Below, piece by piece: positions 11,947 to 24,315 of a DNA stretch of 64,000 bases. The notes beneath the pieces were generated by a model. That model saw only the letters and a list, made by a program, of their open reading frames with translations, was not told the origin of the DNA and searched no databases. The position numbers and the translations under genes were made by a program. Source of the DNA: Felis catus (Eukaryota); NCBI RefSeq assembly GCF_018350175.1, contig NC_058369.1, forward strand, positions 15,626,001 through 15,690,000, given 5' to 3'. Positions within the stretch are counted from its first letter, which is position 1; every line of letters begins with the position of its first letter.

Positions 11947-12734
11947 AGGCTCGCTCGCTTTTTAATTGCTAATCTCATTAACGCGCGCCCGCCGAGGGGC
12001 GAGGCTGGTAAATGGATGACGGCGGGCCCCACCCCGCCCGGGGCCGCCGCGGCCGGGAAGGTGCCCGGGATTGCGCGGCACGGGGGCGGCGCCCGGGGTG
12101 TGTTGCTGCGCGGCGGCTCTTGGGAGCCGTCGGGTTCTCCCAGCCCACCTACCCGTCGTTTCCTGGGTGCCTGCCGGGTGCTGGGCTTGGGCTGCGGATG
12201 AGGCTGTGAACAACAGACATCCCCGACCCTCCCTCCGGGACCGGGTGTTCGGGCATTCCCCGCAGGGAAAGGCTTACATTCATTGGACAGGATAAAAATG
12301 TCCCATTTTCAACTACCGTTGGAATTGAAAGGACAATTGAAAGGACAAGAAAAAGGGTGAGCAGTACTGGGGTGGTCAGGGAGGTCTTCCCAGAGTAGGA
12401 GATGTAACATTGCCCAGAAACTGGGAGGAAGGGAGCGAGGGAGGGAGGCACTTTCCACCCTCCTCCACCGTCCAAAGACACACACTTTTTGGAGGAAGAG
12501 CCACCCAGGCGGCCAGGTTTCCCTCCATCTGCAGACAGGCCCTACTTGCCTACTGTGTGTAGGGTTGGGAGTCCGGCTCTGTGATGCTGGGTGGGGCCAG
12601 GAATCCGGTTTTGAACAACCTCTGTGATTCTGATTCATGACACTGGCATTGAGGCCTAAGAGACCAGTCTGGAAAAGTTATTTGGTTCAGGGTGGTCACT
12701 AGATGTGTCTAAGCATGATGCTTTGGAGAAATGC

Positions 12735-12915
12735 TTCTGTCACTGACTTAGCTGTGTGACCTTGGACAAGTCACTTAACCTCTCTGAACCACTGTTGCCT
12801 CATTGAAACAATTGAAACAAACCTCTCCCCCTCCCAAGGGCCCATGTGAGAATTAACTGATAGCTTACTAAGTGGCATTATAGTAAGTGCTCGATACAGG
12901 GGCCACTGTTATAAG
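12735..12915 (+). mobile_element. MIR
   Basis: MIR core agctgtgtgaccttggacaagtcacttaacctctctgaa. Confidence 0.8.
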
Positions 12916-13349
12916 TCCCCAGGGGTCTGGATGAATGAATGTGTAACACGCTAAATCAGTTCATTAATATTATACTTTGAACAGTGCCTGGTACACAGTG
13001 AGCGCTATGAAAATTCTTGATATATGATTAAAATTAAAAAGAGATGAAAGGTGGAGTCGCCAGTGGAAATCTTCCTTGAAGCCAAAATGAAATCATTACT
13101 CTGGTGTCCCCAGCGCTCCTGCCCGGCCGGTGGCTGACAAAGGGCAGTGTGGTCAGGAAGGTAGGGGCTTCTCGGACGTGCTACCGGTCCTTGAAGTTTC
13201 TGTCTCCAAAAGGCAGAGCAGGAAAAGTCCACAGTGCAGCAAGGGGCGGGGGACCATTTTGGTTTTTAAACTTTGGATTCTGGTGAGTGTTTTTTCTACA
13301 ACTGGCCTCCTCCCCAGAGGGACCCACCAGCCCAGGCTAGTTTCCGCTG

Positions 13350-14300
13350 CTTTTGCACGTGAACTACATCACACACGTGGACTCGTGCGGCATGCGCTCT
13401 ATGGTGCCTGGCTTCCTTGTGGGATTCAGTCCGCGGCAGCGTGTGGTTCTAAGGCTGTTCTTTCTCACGGCTACATAGTATTCTATGCAGTGAACATACC
13501 CTAGTCAATGACCGCAGGACGTTTGGGGCTGCTGTGAATAAAGCAGTGAGGAACATTCTAGTACTTGCCCTCGGGCAGGCGAATACACGCAACGCTGGGA
13601 ACTTCCAGGCCGGATGGCAAGTGTGTGCGCGGCCTTGGCAGGTGTTGCCAAACTCTTTTCTAGAGAGGTGGTACCGGTTTATACTCCCACGAGAGTTTCG
13701 GTTGTCCTGAGTCCTCACCAACGTCTGTCATTCTGTTCTCAAAGTGCTACCCGGCTTTGTGGGCGTGTGGTGATAGTTCACCGTGACTTTTAATTGTCAC
13801 TTCCCGGATACTAATGAGGCTGCATACCTTTCCCTAGGCGAACTGGGTCATCTGGAGAACCTCTTTCGCGAAGCGCACGTGCCTTTGCTGCTCTGCAATT
13901 CACTTGTCTGTCTTTTCCTTCTGACCCAGGGTTCCCTGCACATTCTGGATACGAGCCCCCTGTCAGTTTTATGCGGGACAGATTTCTTCCCTCCGTCTGC
14001 GAGCTGCCTTTTTCTTCCATCGGTGCTGTCTTCTGATGAACAGACGTCCTTGAATTTAACAAAGTGCAATTGGCCAATCCTCCCCTTTCGGGGTTCTCTG
14101 TTAGTTTTTTGGTTTTGGTTTTCTTTTGTTTTGTTTTAAACAAATGTCCTGTTTGAGACACGTCTCCCTTAGCAACTCCAAGGTCACGAAGGTATTCCTG
14201 AGAATTTAAATCTGTGGCAAGAGGAGTCTCGGCGGTCTGTAGACGGGGCCGCCTTTTTAGTGTTCCTGACTGGTTTAGACAGAAGGCACGTTGCCGCCTC
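13350..14300 (-). mobile_element. Old L1M fragment
   Basis: tttggggctgctgtgaataaagcagtgaggaacattct; cacattctggatacgagcccc: antisense L1 ORF2 end/3'UTR. Confidence 0.7.
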
Positions 14301-15109
14301 CAGCTGTCTGCTTGGCGCGGTCTCGTCCTTGGAAAGGAGTTTTCCCTGGAGGGTGCCCGGCCGCACGGTGGCATTCAGGAACCGGGCACCCTGGAGGGAC
14401 GCCCAGCACGGTCGCCTGCCACCTAGAATGTGAGGCTGTGCTGTTTGCGGGTTGTTGGCTCGACCAGGCAAAGCCCCTCTGCCATTTCCCGCTTCCAGGG
14501 CTCGGGCACTCACGCTGCCAGACGCCCCGGGAGGCCGTCCGGGGTGTGAGGTCCTGGGTGGGGTTTGTGGGAAGCAAGGGGAGATGCCCCACAGCAGGAC
14601 TGAGTGACTCTTCAGGGGCGGACGCTCAGGACTCCCGCCAGGGTCCCCACACCTTCCTGACACCCACCTGTGAGCTAATCTGCCAAGAGTAGTTGTGTTG
14701 CTAGAAGGGTGAAGAACAGGCCTGAGGGGGGCGGGGTGTGCTTTCATGGGAGCCAGCGAAGGGGGGGGTGGAGGTTAGTGATGTAGCGATGGCAAATGCT
14801 TCACACCCAGCTCTCTGCGAACCCTGGCTTGCGGCCCTCGCCGATCTCGCTGTTGTCAATACTCCCACCGGGGCCGATTCCAGGCTTCCCACGGGGGGGC
14901 CGCTGAACGTGGCGCTTCGCGGGGACGTGCAGGAGCACACTGTTGGAGGGCTCTCCAATTCTCCACACGCGGTGCACATGGCCTCAACGGCATGATGGAG
15001 GGGCAGTAGATCATTAGGAAGCGGGGGGGGGGGTTGAGTATTTGTTATTTCTCTTTTAGATCCATTTAACTGTAGTTTATATAACTTAAGTTTTAATAAT
15101 GGCTCTGTG

Positions 15110-15337
15110 CTTTTTTTTTTTTTTTTAATTTTTTTTTTCAACGTTTATTTTTGGGACAGAGAGAGACAGAGCATGAACAGGGGAGGGGCAGAGAGAGAGG
15201 GAGACACAGAATTGGAAACAGGCTCCAGGCTCTGAGCCATCAGCCCAGAGCCTGACGCGGGGCTCGAACTCACGGACCGCGAGATCGTGACCTGGCTGAA
15301 GTCGGACACTTAACCGACTGCGCCACCCAGGCGCCCC
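15110..15337 (-). mobile_element. SINEC_Fc (young) inserted at the tail of the next SINE
   Basis: TSD ctgtgctttttt on both sides. Confidence 0.95.
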
Positions 15338-15342
15338 TGTGC

Positions 15343-15519
15343 TTTTTTTTTAATGTTTATTTATTTATTTGGAGAAAGAGACAGAGAGAGAGGCCCAGGC
15401 AGGCTCCCTGGCTTCAGTGCAGAGCCCGACGTGGGGCTCGAACCCACAAACCGTGAGATCATGACCTGAGCCAAGATCAAGAGTCAGATGCTTAACCAAC
15501 TGAGCCACCCGGGCACCCC
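15343..15519 (-). mobile_element. SINEC
   Basis: Reverse SINEC ending gagccacccgggcacccc. Confidence 0.9.
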
Positions 15520-15549
15520 GACAAGGGTTCTGTTTGGCAATCAGCTCAC

Positions 15550-15716
15550 GGTCTCGCAGTCCGTGGGTTCGAGCCCCGGGTCGGGCTCTGTGCTGACAGC
15601 TCCGGGCCTGGAGCCTGCTTCGGATTCTGTGTCTCCCTCTCTCTCTCTCTGCCCCTCCCCTGCTCGCACTCTGTCTCTGTCCCTGTCTCAAAAATAAGTA
15701 AACTTAAAAAAAAAAA
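15550..15716 (+). mobile_element. 5'-truncated SINEC_Fc
   Basis: Lacks the A-box head; TSD aatcagctcac (15539-15549, 15717-15727). Confidence 0.9.
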
Positions 15717-17130
15717 AATCAGCTCACAAAATTCTGGAAAAGGTACCAGCTGGCACTCGCAAGCCCGTGGGACCTGGCTCCAGCACCCCATAGGGCCTTG
15801 GGGCTGGGGGGGCAACCTCTGTGTCACGGAGAGCGAGTTCAAGTGCCCCAGGGCAACAAGGTTCTAGGCTTGGTGAAGCCCTGCCCTGAGTGCTCCCCAG
15901 TGCTCCCTGCCAGATTGGAAGAAATCTTCCCCTCTGACCAGAGGACCTGTCCCGTCTTAGCCTGCCACGTGTCAATGAGGACGCGGCTTCAGAAGGCTAG
16001 AAGGCCAGCCTACCAGAATTATCTGGCTCAGGGAAGAGGGTGGAGAAGGAAGGGGCGGTCCTGACTCAGTTGCATAGGTGTGGTCACAGATTTCCAGGAT
16101 TCCAGATTCTTACCCCACCGATCGCAGCCAGGCCACTTTCAACCATGTGCTCACCCCAGCGATAATGCTGTTACTTACCCCCCACCAGTCCCCGGTTCCC
16201 CACGAGATAAAGTCCAAACTCCTCAGCCTGTTCTGTAAGGCCCTGAGGAATTTATTTTTTAATGGGGCCAAGAGGAATTTGATCCTTGCTCACCTAGGTT
16301 CCAGAGAAACTAGACTTTTCACCTTCTGGAATATAATGTGCTTTTTTATACCCGTGGGCAGTTCCCTCGACCAGGAACACCTTCTCTCTTCTTGACCTGG
16401 GAGAAGCCTCCCCCTGCTTCCTGACCCAGATGGAACACTACCGTTTCTGGGAAGCCCAGCACCCCAGCCCTGGCCAGACTCTGTTGCTCTCTCTTTCCTG
16501 CTCCCAGCCTGGGGCGCACATCTGGTTTCTAATGCTCTCCGCGTGGCCCTGTCACGAAGAACGCAAGATACGTGTCCCCTCTGCTCCGTGGCTGGGTCAC
16601 GTCTTACCCACCGTTTTCTCCCCAGCCCAGGTGCGTGCTTGAGTCTCAGTAAAGGTTCGCTGATACGTGAAAAGGCTGCCACAGAATCTGGGCACTTCGG
16701 TGTCAGTCCATAATCGACAGCCCGGGCGCCCACATTTCAGGAAGTTTCTTCAGACATTCGAGCTTTTATGGCTCGCTTATGGCGTGCCAGGAGCCCGCTC
16801 GGCTTGGGGACTGGAGGCACGGCTCTGGATGGGACGGCGCCCCCTCCCTGCTGCCCAAGGTACCTGCTCGTTGTCCCTGGGGCGGCACAGAGACACGCAC
16901 CTCGAGATCTGGGGGAGCCCCTGCCTCTGGGCTGAGCGTGTGCATGCATGTGTATGTGTGTGCACATGCCTCTATGTGGGGGGGGGGGGGAGTGCGTGTG
17001 TGTGCTTGTGTGTGTGCGAGTAGTGTTGAAGAGGCAGGAATTCCCATGAGACCTGAGCCTTTCCTGGCTGCAAAGGGAGCTCCTGGGCTCGACCCCTGGA
17101 CTCTCAGCGCAGCCAGCCCCTGGGGCTACT

Positions 17131-17346
17131 GGGGTGCCTGGGTGGCTCAGTCGGTTGAGCGTCCCGACTTCGGCTCAGGTCACGATCTCGCGGTCCGTGA
17201 GTTCGAGCCCCGCGTCGGGCTCTGTGCTGACAGCTCAGAGCCTGGAGCCTATTTCCGATTCTGTGTCTCCCTCTCTCTGACCCTTCCCCATTCATGCTCT
17301 GTCTCTTTCTGTCTCAAAAATAAATAAACATTAAAAAAGAAAAAAG
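17131..17346 (+). mobile_element. SINEC_Fc
   Basis: Full-length SINEC with A tail. Confidence 0.95.
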
Positions 17347-17369
17347 AGCTACTGATGAACGATATTCCT

Positions 17370-17920
17370 TTTTTCCCTCTTTTCACAGCGAAATATAATA
17401 CCCATTCAGACAACTGCACGCGAAGATACGCGGCTCAGAAATGACCGTCTCACCCAGGTCAAGAAAGGGATGGCCAGCGCCCCAGCGGTCCCTTCACCGA
17501 CCCTGCGCGTCGCACCCGCGCCCTCCCTGCAGAAGTGACCCCGTGCTGACACTGTCTTGCTTTCCTGTACGGTTTTACGCCCCGGGCGTGAATCCGACTC
17601 CAGTTCTGTTTTGTCTGGGTTTAAACTTTGTATCAGGAAAAAATATAGTGGCTATTCTTCGGTGTTTGATTTCTTTTCACATCACATTATTATTTTCAGT
17701 TTCCTCCAAGTTGGTATGTGTAGCTGTGCTTAATTCCTTTTTTTTTTTTCCTGGCCACTCAGTTGTATTTTCTGTATGATTGTAACTGCAGATCACTCAT
17801 CCACATTTGGATTATTTTTGGATTTGGCTCTTACAAAGAAGGCTGTTGGGCATTCAGGTATGTGTGTCCTACGGGTGTGTGGACAAGTGTTTCTGTGGGT
17901 GGATTTGCTGAAACAGAAGC
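17370..17920 (-). mobile_element. Old L1M 3' fragment
   Basis: aaatataatacccattcagacaactgcac...; ttatttttggatttggctcttacaaagaaggctg resembles antisense L1ME 3' end. Confidence 0.55.
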
Positions 17921-17924
17921 GTAT

Positions 17925-18155
17925 TTTTTTTTTAATTTTTTTTCAACGTTTATTTATTTTTTTGGGGGGACAGAGAGAGACAGAGCATGAACGGGGGAGG
18001 GGCAGAGAGAGAGAGAGGGAGACACAGAATTGGAAGCAGGCTCCAGGCTCCGAGCCATCAGCCCAGAGCCCGACGCGGGGCTCGAACTCACGGACCGCGA
18101 GATCGTGACCTGGCTCAAGTCGGACGCTTAACCGACTGCGCCACCCAGGCGCCCC
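17925..18155 (-). mobile_element. SINEC_Fc (young)
   Basis: Reverse SINEC ending gactgcgccacccaggcgcccc. Confidence 0.95.
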
Positions 18156-18339
18156 ATGGGCGTGTGTATTTTTAACTTGGGTAGATGAATCTTAGAATGG
18201 TTGCTGCCGATTCGTGTGTATGTGTCAAAACTCTACAGCAGCCTGGACTTCTGGTTGCTTTATATTCTCGCGTGGTCTGGTGAAAGTAAAAAACAAACGA
18301 ACCAACAAACAAAAACAAAACAAAACAACGGGGGAGGGG

Positions 18340-18915
18340 GAGCGTTAGTACCAATTCAGAACAAATGGCAAGCAAGAAGTAAAATGGGGAAAGAAGTCCA
18401 AATGCGTCCGTAATTATCGTAAATATAAATGGAGTAAATGGACCGGGTGAAAGACAGGAGTAAAAAGTTCATTTATAAGACACACACTACACATAACAGA
18501 GAAACTTACAGTAAATGGGTGAAGGGGAGATACCGGGAACACATTATTCAAAAGAAAGTCACGGAGAGCTGGGTTGCATCAGACAAAACAGACTCGAAAC
18601 CAAAAAGTGTTATGAGTGACAGAAAGGACATCTATCACTGGCAACATGTGACATTTTCAAAGTTGAATACAGTGAATCAACTAGCTTCAAAAAACGGGAA
18701 GCAAAACTTGGTAGGGCCACAGGGAGAAACTGACAGGTCTACCGTCAGGAGAGAGATTTCGGCCCTTGTCTGTCCATGATGGATTGTCAAAGCGGAAAAT
18801 AGAAAGTGAGCAGAGAATGGAAAATGATACAGATCATTGGAATAAAAACCAAGTGGAACTTCTGAAACGAAAAATGCCATTAAAATGAGACGCCGGAAAC
18901 CCGGTGGATGGGTTT
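18340..18915 (+). mobile_element. Old L1M internal fragments (ORF2 endonuclease/ORF1-like); continues after the young L1 to about 20300
   Basis: A-rich degenerate L1 coding-like sequence (catcagacaaaacagactcgaaaccaaaaag). Confidence 0.55.
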
Positions 18916-18929
18916 AAAAGTGGGTGAGA

Positions 18930-20001
18930 ATCCCCAAAGGCAAGGGAATTAAAAGCAAAAACGAATTACTGGGACCTTATGAAGATAAAAAGCTTCTGCA
19001 CAGCAAAGGAAACAATCAAGTAAACTAAAAGGCAACTGACAGAATGGGAAAAGATATTTGCAAATGACCTATCGGACAAAGGGCTAGTATCCAAAATCTA
19101 TAAAGAGCTCACCAAACTCCACACCCGAAAAACAAATAACCCAGTGAAGAAATGGGCAGAAAACATGAATAGACACTTCTCTAAAGAAGACATCCGGATG
19201 GCCAACAGGCACATGAAAAGATGTGTTCAGCGTCGCTCCTTATCAGGGAAATACAAATCAAAACCACACTCAGATATCACCTCGCCCCAGAGTGGCCAAA
19301 ATGAACAAATCAGGAGACTATAGATGCTGGAGAGGATGTGGAGAAACGGGAACCCTCTTGCACTGTTGGTGGGAATGCAAATTGGTGCAGCCGCTCTGGA
19401 AAGCAGTGTGGAGGCTCCTCAGAAAATTAAAAATAGACCTACCCTATGACCCAGCAATAGCACTGCTAGGAATTTACCTAAGGGATACAGGAGTACTGAT
19501 GCATAGGGGCACTTGGACCCCAATGTTTATAGCAGCACTCTCAACAATAGCAAATTATGGAAAGAGCCTAAATGTCCATCAACTGATGAATGGATAAAGA
19601 AATTGTGGTTTATATACACAATGGAGTACTACGTGGCAATGAGAAAGAATGAAATATGGCCCTTTGTAGCAACACGGATGGAATTGGAGAGTGTGATGCT
19701 AAGTGAAATAAGCCATACAGAGAAAGACAGATACCATATGGTTTCACTCTTATGTGGATCTTGAGAAACTTAACAGAAACCCATGGGGGAGGGGAAGGAA
19801 AAAAAAAAAAAGAGGTTAGAGTGGGAGAGAGCCAAAGCATAAGAGACTCTTAAAAACTGAGAACAAACTGAGGGTTGATGGGGGGTGGGAGGGAGGGGAG
19901 GGTGGGCGATGGGTATTGAGGAGGGCACCTTTTGGGATGAGCACTGGGTGTTGTATGGAAACCCATTTGACAATAAATTTCATATACTAAAAAAAAAAAA
20001 A
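18930..20001 (+). mobile_element. Young 5'-truncated feline/carnivore L1 (ORF2 C-terminus + 3'UTR + polyA)
   Basis: ORF2 remnants [26 protein letters not shown] and KLWKEPKCPSTDEWIKKLWFIYTMEYY with frameshifts; polyA; TSD aaaag(t/c)gggtgaga at 18916-18929 and 19998-20011. Confidence 0.95.
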
Positions 20002-21529
20002 GCGGGTGAGACGCAATCAGGGAGACATGCGCTGAACTCGAAGGTATGTCAGAAAGAATTTTCTGGAACCCTGCTCAGAGAGACAAAGAGGTTAAAAGAC
20101 TACGAGAAAGGTTAAGATATGTAGAACAATGAAGTAGTAACCTATGCCTCCTTAGTATTCTAGAAGAAGGAGAGGGAGAAATTGAGGCAGAGCAGTATTT
20201 AAAGTACTAAGAGCTCAGCATTTCCCACTACAGACAGATTCACGCAGCCTAACGAATCCTGTGTAGGGGTTAAAAGAAAGAAAAATGTGTGTCAAGATGC
20301 ATCACGATGCCAGGACATCATGGCGAGCCCTGAATCCACGCCAAAGATCTCACTGCCGAGGAATGTTTACTGCATGGGATTTTGAAAAAGTAAAAAGGTA
20401 AAAGTTAAATCCTGGGCCGGCAACTTGGCGTGACAAGAGTTGAAATGTGCTGAGGAGGTAACTTCAGACTGGGTCGAAGCATGCGAAGTGACAATTTCAG
20501 GGAGTTGACCCCAAATGCCATTTTTTTTTCGCCACCCAGGAGCTGGACAGGGTTCAGACATCGCGTTTAGTTGTTAACGCATACAGCTGCTTTTAGGACG
20601 GCCTCCCCACCTTTTTATTTTCACGACACAGACTTTCCGGAGAGACCGGGCCAATCGTTTTAATTGCAGAACGGCCTGCGCTCAGGATTTGTCACATTGT
20701 TTCACTGGGGGTCATTCAAGACTGTTTTTCTCTCCCCCTCCCCGCCTAGCCGTGACGCAGGGAAATGCCGACGTGAACGGTGTGAATTCGTACACTTTAG
20801 AGTGTATACTGTTGAAAACGCAGAGCCTGGAGGGACGCGGAGCAAGGTTAGAGGAAACAAGGAATTTAGCACCCGGGGGTCCCTTTGTCCGTATGACCAC
20901 TTCCAAAGGACAGGGCCTTCAACAGAGTAACCCGGAGGGATCGTCTGTAAATTAATTGCTGACTTTCCGTGTCTAGAGTAGCTAATTTGCGTGAACACCA
21001 CCAAGTGGGCGTCCTTTAGGAAAGGCCTGAGTGGAACCGACGGGATTTTTCAGGCCAGAGAAAACAGATGCAGAAACGAGTTTATGGGAACACGTGGCGG
21101 CCTCTCCCCACGACGACTCGGCTGGTCACCCGTTGGGAGAGGCAGCCGCGTGCTCTGTAAACACCGGGCCCCGGGGAGCGGTGGAGAGGCCCCTCCGTCC
21201 TTTCTGTTGGTGTTGGCCAAGGTTATGTCTTCGCCCCACATATTTGTGCCGGGAACAAACAGCCGAGACCAGCAAGAAGGCGTGATCTGCTGAGGAAGAA
21301 CAGACGGGGCATTGTGAAAATATTTTCCAGGGCCAGAACAGACCTGGGGCCGCACTGTCCCGATCCGTGACCCCTTGAGGACCTGTCCTGTGTCCCGCTG
21401 TGTTGTTTTGTGCTTGTGCTTTCCTTTCATAGCAGGAGGTGGCCCTACGAATCGCACTCTGCCAGGAAACACACATGCTTCATTTCACAAGCTCAATAGT
21501 TCAGATTATATTGGATTTCTTTGGTCTGT

Positions 21530-21996
21530 TGATACTCAGAACGTGGTCTGTGGACGAGCAGGGGCACCCCCGGGGAGCCTGTGAGAAAGGCAGACCCGTG
21601 GGTCCCTCTCCAGGCCTCTTAAGTCAAAACCCACATGCTCTCGTGGGACCCCTGGGGCGGGGGACGTGGGCACGTTAAAGTCTCCAGAGCACATTGGTTC
21701 TTAAACCTAGCTGCTCATCAGGATCATTTGTGGAGCTTTTTTTTTTTTAATTAAAAAAATATATTTTTTAGAGAGAGAGTGTGTGAGCAAGTGGGGGTCG
21801 GGGGGGGGCAGTGGAGAGAGAGAGAGAGAGAGAGAATGAATCTCAAGCAGCCTCCATGCTAAATGCAGAGCCCGACTCGGGACTCGATTCCAGGACCCTG
21901 GGATCATGACCTGCGCCGAATTCAAGAGTCAGATGCTCAGCTGACTGAGCCACCCCAGTGCTCCATCTGTGGAGCTTTAAAGCACAGATACCCCCT
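21530..21996. mobile_element. MER5A-like fragments hosting SINECs
   Basis: gatactcagaacgtggtctgtggac...; tggttcttaaacctagctgctcatcaggatcatttgtggagcttt. Confidence 0.5.
21737..21964 (-). mobile_element. SINEC
   Basis: Reverse SINEC; TSD at(t/c)tgtggagcttt. Confidence 0.9.
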
Positions 21997-22218
21997 GGGG
22001 CGCCTGGGTGGCTCCACTGGTTGAGCATCTGACCTTGGCCCAGGTCATGATCTCATGATTCATGAGTTCGAGCCCCACGTCGGGCTCTGCGTCGAACAGC
22101 TCAGAGCCCGGAGCCTGCCTCCGATTCTGTGTCTCCCTCCCTCTCTGCTCCTCCCCCGCTCACACTCGGTCTCTCTCTCTCAAAAATGAATAAATGTTTT
22201 TTAAAAAGTTGTTTTAAA
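21997..22218 (+). mobile_element. SINEC_Fc
   Basis: Full head ggggcgcctgggtggct; TSD-like cacagat(a/t)ccccct. Confidence 0.92.
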
Positions 22219-22559
22219 CACAGATTCCCCCTCTGTTTTCCTTTTCCCTCCGTTCCGGGCGCTCCTCTGTGAATGAGCCCCTTCTGCCCGCTTTTTCCCA
22301 CCTTTTCAACTTTCGCTAAAATACATTCAGAGTCGACAAAACGATGTCGGGCGTGCGCTCTGCTGGGGAGAAGACCAACCACACCGGGCCCTCACACAGT
22401 CCCTTTGCTTGTTACCGCTTCCCCCTCCGGCTTCTGCCCTGTTTGTTCTTGTTTTTATATTACCTCCTCGACAGCAAGACTCCTCAAGAGGCATCGATAC
22501 TCCAGGTTTCTCTCCTCCCCGGACGCACCGCACTGTCACCTGCACCGGGCCTACCTCCC

Positions 22560-23000
22560 CCAGTCTAACGGAACTGTCTTCTCCAGGTCACCCGTGACCC
22601 CTTGTGGCTCAGGCCAAGGTCGGCTCTCAGCATCCCCTTCTTGCCCTCTCTGCCGTGTCTGCCTGGGGTGATGACTGCTTCCTGGGGCGCATCTCCCCGG
22701 AGGCCTCCTGGACGGCCCCGGCGTGGGCTCCTGGGTCCCTGCCGTGGCTGCTGGTCTCCTCTGCTGAGTCTTTCTGTTCTCTGTGATCTGACAATCTCGC
22801 AGTGCCCCGGCTTCTCACCCACGCTCGCCTCTTCCGCGCAGCGATCTCGTGGCTTCAAGCCATCTACACACTTGTGACTCCCGCGCTGTCTCTCCGGCCC
22901 CCGTCGGGCCTCAGACGTCTGTCTAGACGGACGTCTGCCGTCTCCCCATTGTCCTCATCGGGATGTCTGCGAGGCACAGACAGGCTTCCTGCACTTCACC
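22560..23000. mobile_element. L2 fragment
   Basis: ggcttcaagccatctacacacttgtgactccc resembles the L2 RT-region motif ggctttaaataccatctatatgctgatgactccc. Confidence 0.55.
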
Positions 23001-23824
23001 TCCCTGGCACCTGCCAGGTGGTGAGTGAGCCGTGGAAGGTTCACGTGAGCAAACACCAGCTGGGGTGACAAGGACCGTCCACGCTCCAGGTGTGTGGGTG
23101 GCGCACGCACGGTATACATGCGGTGACTCCGTGTACGTGACGTTCAAGAGCAGCCACGGGAACCTTGGGTGCTGGAAGTCAGGAGAGTGGCGGCCTCTGG
23201 GCAGAGATGGGGCCACGGCGGAGGCGGGGGCACGGGAGGACTCTCGGGGCAGAGAATGGGTGAGCCTTCATCTGGGTGCCGGTTAAACCAAGCGTTTCCC
23301 CCACGAACGCACCCTGAGCCGGACACTAGGATCCGTGCACCTTTGCTCCAAGTTTGCCTTCGATTCAAAACACCCAGACTCAACCGCTCTTCCCGGGTCC
23401 ACTGCTCCTCTCTCGATCGAAGCCCCAGGCTCTCACCTGGATGACTCCTAAGCTGTCCCCTGCTCCCAGTCTTGACCGAGGATGTCCGCTCTCAACACAG
23501 CCACAGGCCGGTCAGGTTTTCTCCTTCCAAGGCTCACCTGTGCCACGTTTCCTTCCGAGGAAAGTCTCAGCTCTTCCCTGTCGCCCACAAGGCCGGCATG
23601 ACCCAGCCCCGTGGCTCCTTGCCGCCCTTCCACAGGTCGGACCCCTCCTGTCCCAGGCCCTTGTCCGCTCTTCCCTCGGCCTGGGGGTGCTCGTCGGCCA
23701 GGACCGACCCCTCGAGGAGGGAGCCGGCCTACTGAGCTTGCGCTCGACATCCCCAGCTCTCTTTTTCTTCCTTATTCGACTCTACTGTCGTTCCTTTACC
23801 CTAGCACCTTCTTTTCCAACACAC

Positions 23825-24040
23825 CGCATGGTCTGAATGGCCGTCCCCCCCTCTCCCGCCCCAAAATGTCCACCCAGAACCCAGGGCTGTGACCTCCCTT
23901 GGCAAAGAGCCTTTGCAGGTGTAACTAGGTGTTTGGAGAGGAGAGCATCCTGGTTAGGGAGGACGCTAACCCCGATGACAAGTGTCCAAGGGGATGTGAA
24001 GACAGGGGCAGAGATAGAGGTGATGGGTCTACCAGCAAGA
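23825..24040 (+). mobile_element. MLT1A/B-like LTR 5' part
   Basis: tggtctgaatggccgtcccc...gtgacctcccttggcaaagagcctttgcaggtgtaactag. Confidence 0.7.
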
Positions 24041-24044
24041 GTTG

Positions 24045-24315
24045 CAGAGCAGAAGGAGCCAGATATAAGAGAGAGCATATGGTACGATACCATCTGAGCC
24101 ATCACGAGAGAGAGCAGATCCGTGGGGGGCCCAGAGCCCAGGGCCCAGGAGGGTCCCCGTACGGGAAGCCGAGCAACTTTTGGGGGTCGATGAGAATGGC
24201 CTATGTCTTGACTGTGGTGGTGCATACACGGGGTCTCCGCGTTTGTCCAGACGCGTCGAGCCGCGCCCTTAATACGGGGGCATGTTCTTGTATGTAAATT
24301 CTATCTCCAAAAGGG
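24045..24315 (+). mobile_element. Old L1M 3' end
   Basis: agccagatataagagagagcatatggtacgatacc...tgtatgtaaattctatctc. Confidence 0.55.

Larger units (their letters stand above)
11560..12270. promoter_or_regulatory. CpG island / SLC6A20 promoter
   Basis: Very GC- and CpG-rich stretch around exon 1, with an AT-rich TATA-like element (minus strand CAATTAAAAAG, 11958-11968). Confidence 0.85.
14690..15790. mobile_element. MER63-like hAT-Blackjack element with three nested SINECs
   Basis: aatactcccaccggggccgattccaggct (about 14858) and the end ctcgcaagccc...ctggctccagcacccca (about 15757-15790) resemble the recalled MER63 consensus. Confidence 0.55.

Noticed and set aside
11207..12201. Long plus-strand ORFs (252 aa and 204 aa) with poly-Ala/poly-Arg
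   Set aside because: Antisense to SLC6A20 exon 1 across a stop-poor CpG island and the CCG repeat; non-ATG starts and no recognisable domain.
19223..19764. ORFs with clear protein similarity ([19 protein letters not shown])
   Set aside because: Frameshifted L1 ORF2 C-terminus of a 5'-truncated retrotransposon, not a host gene.
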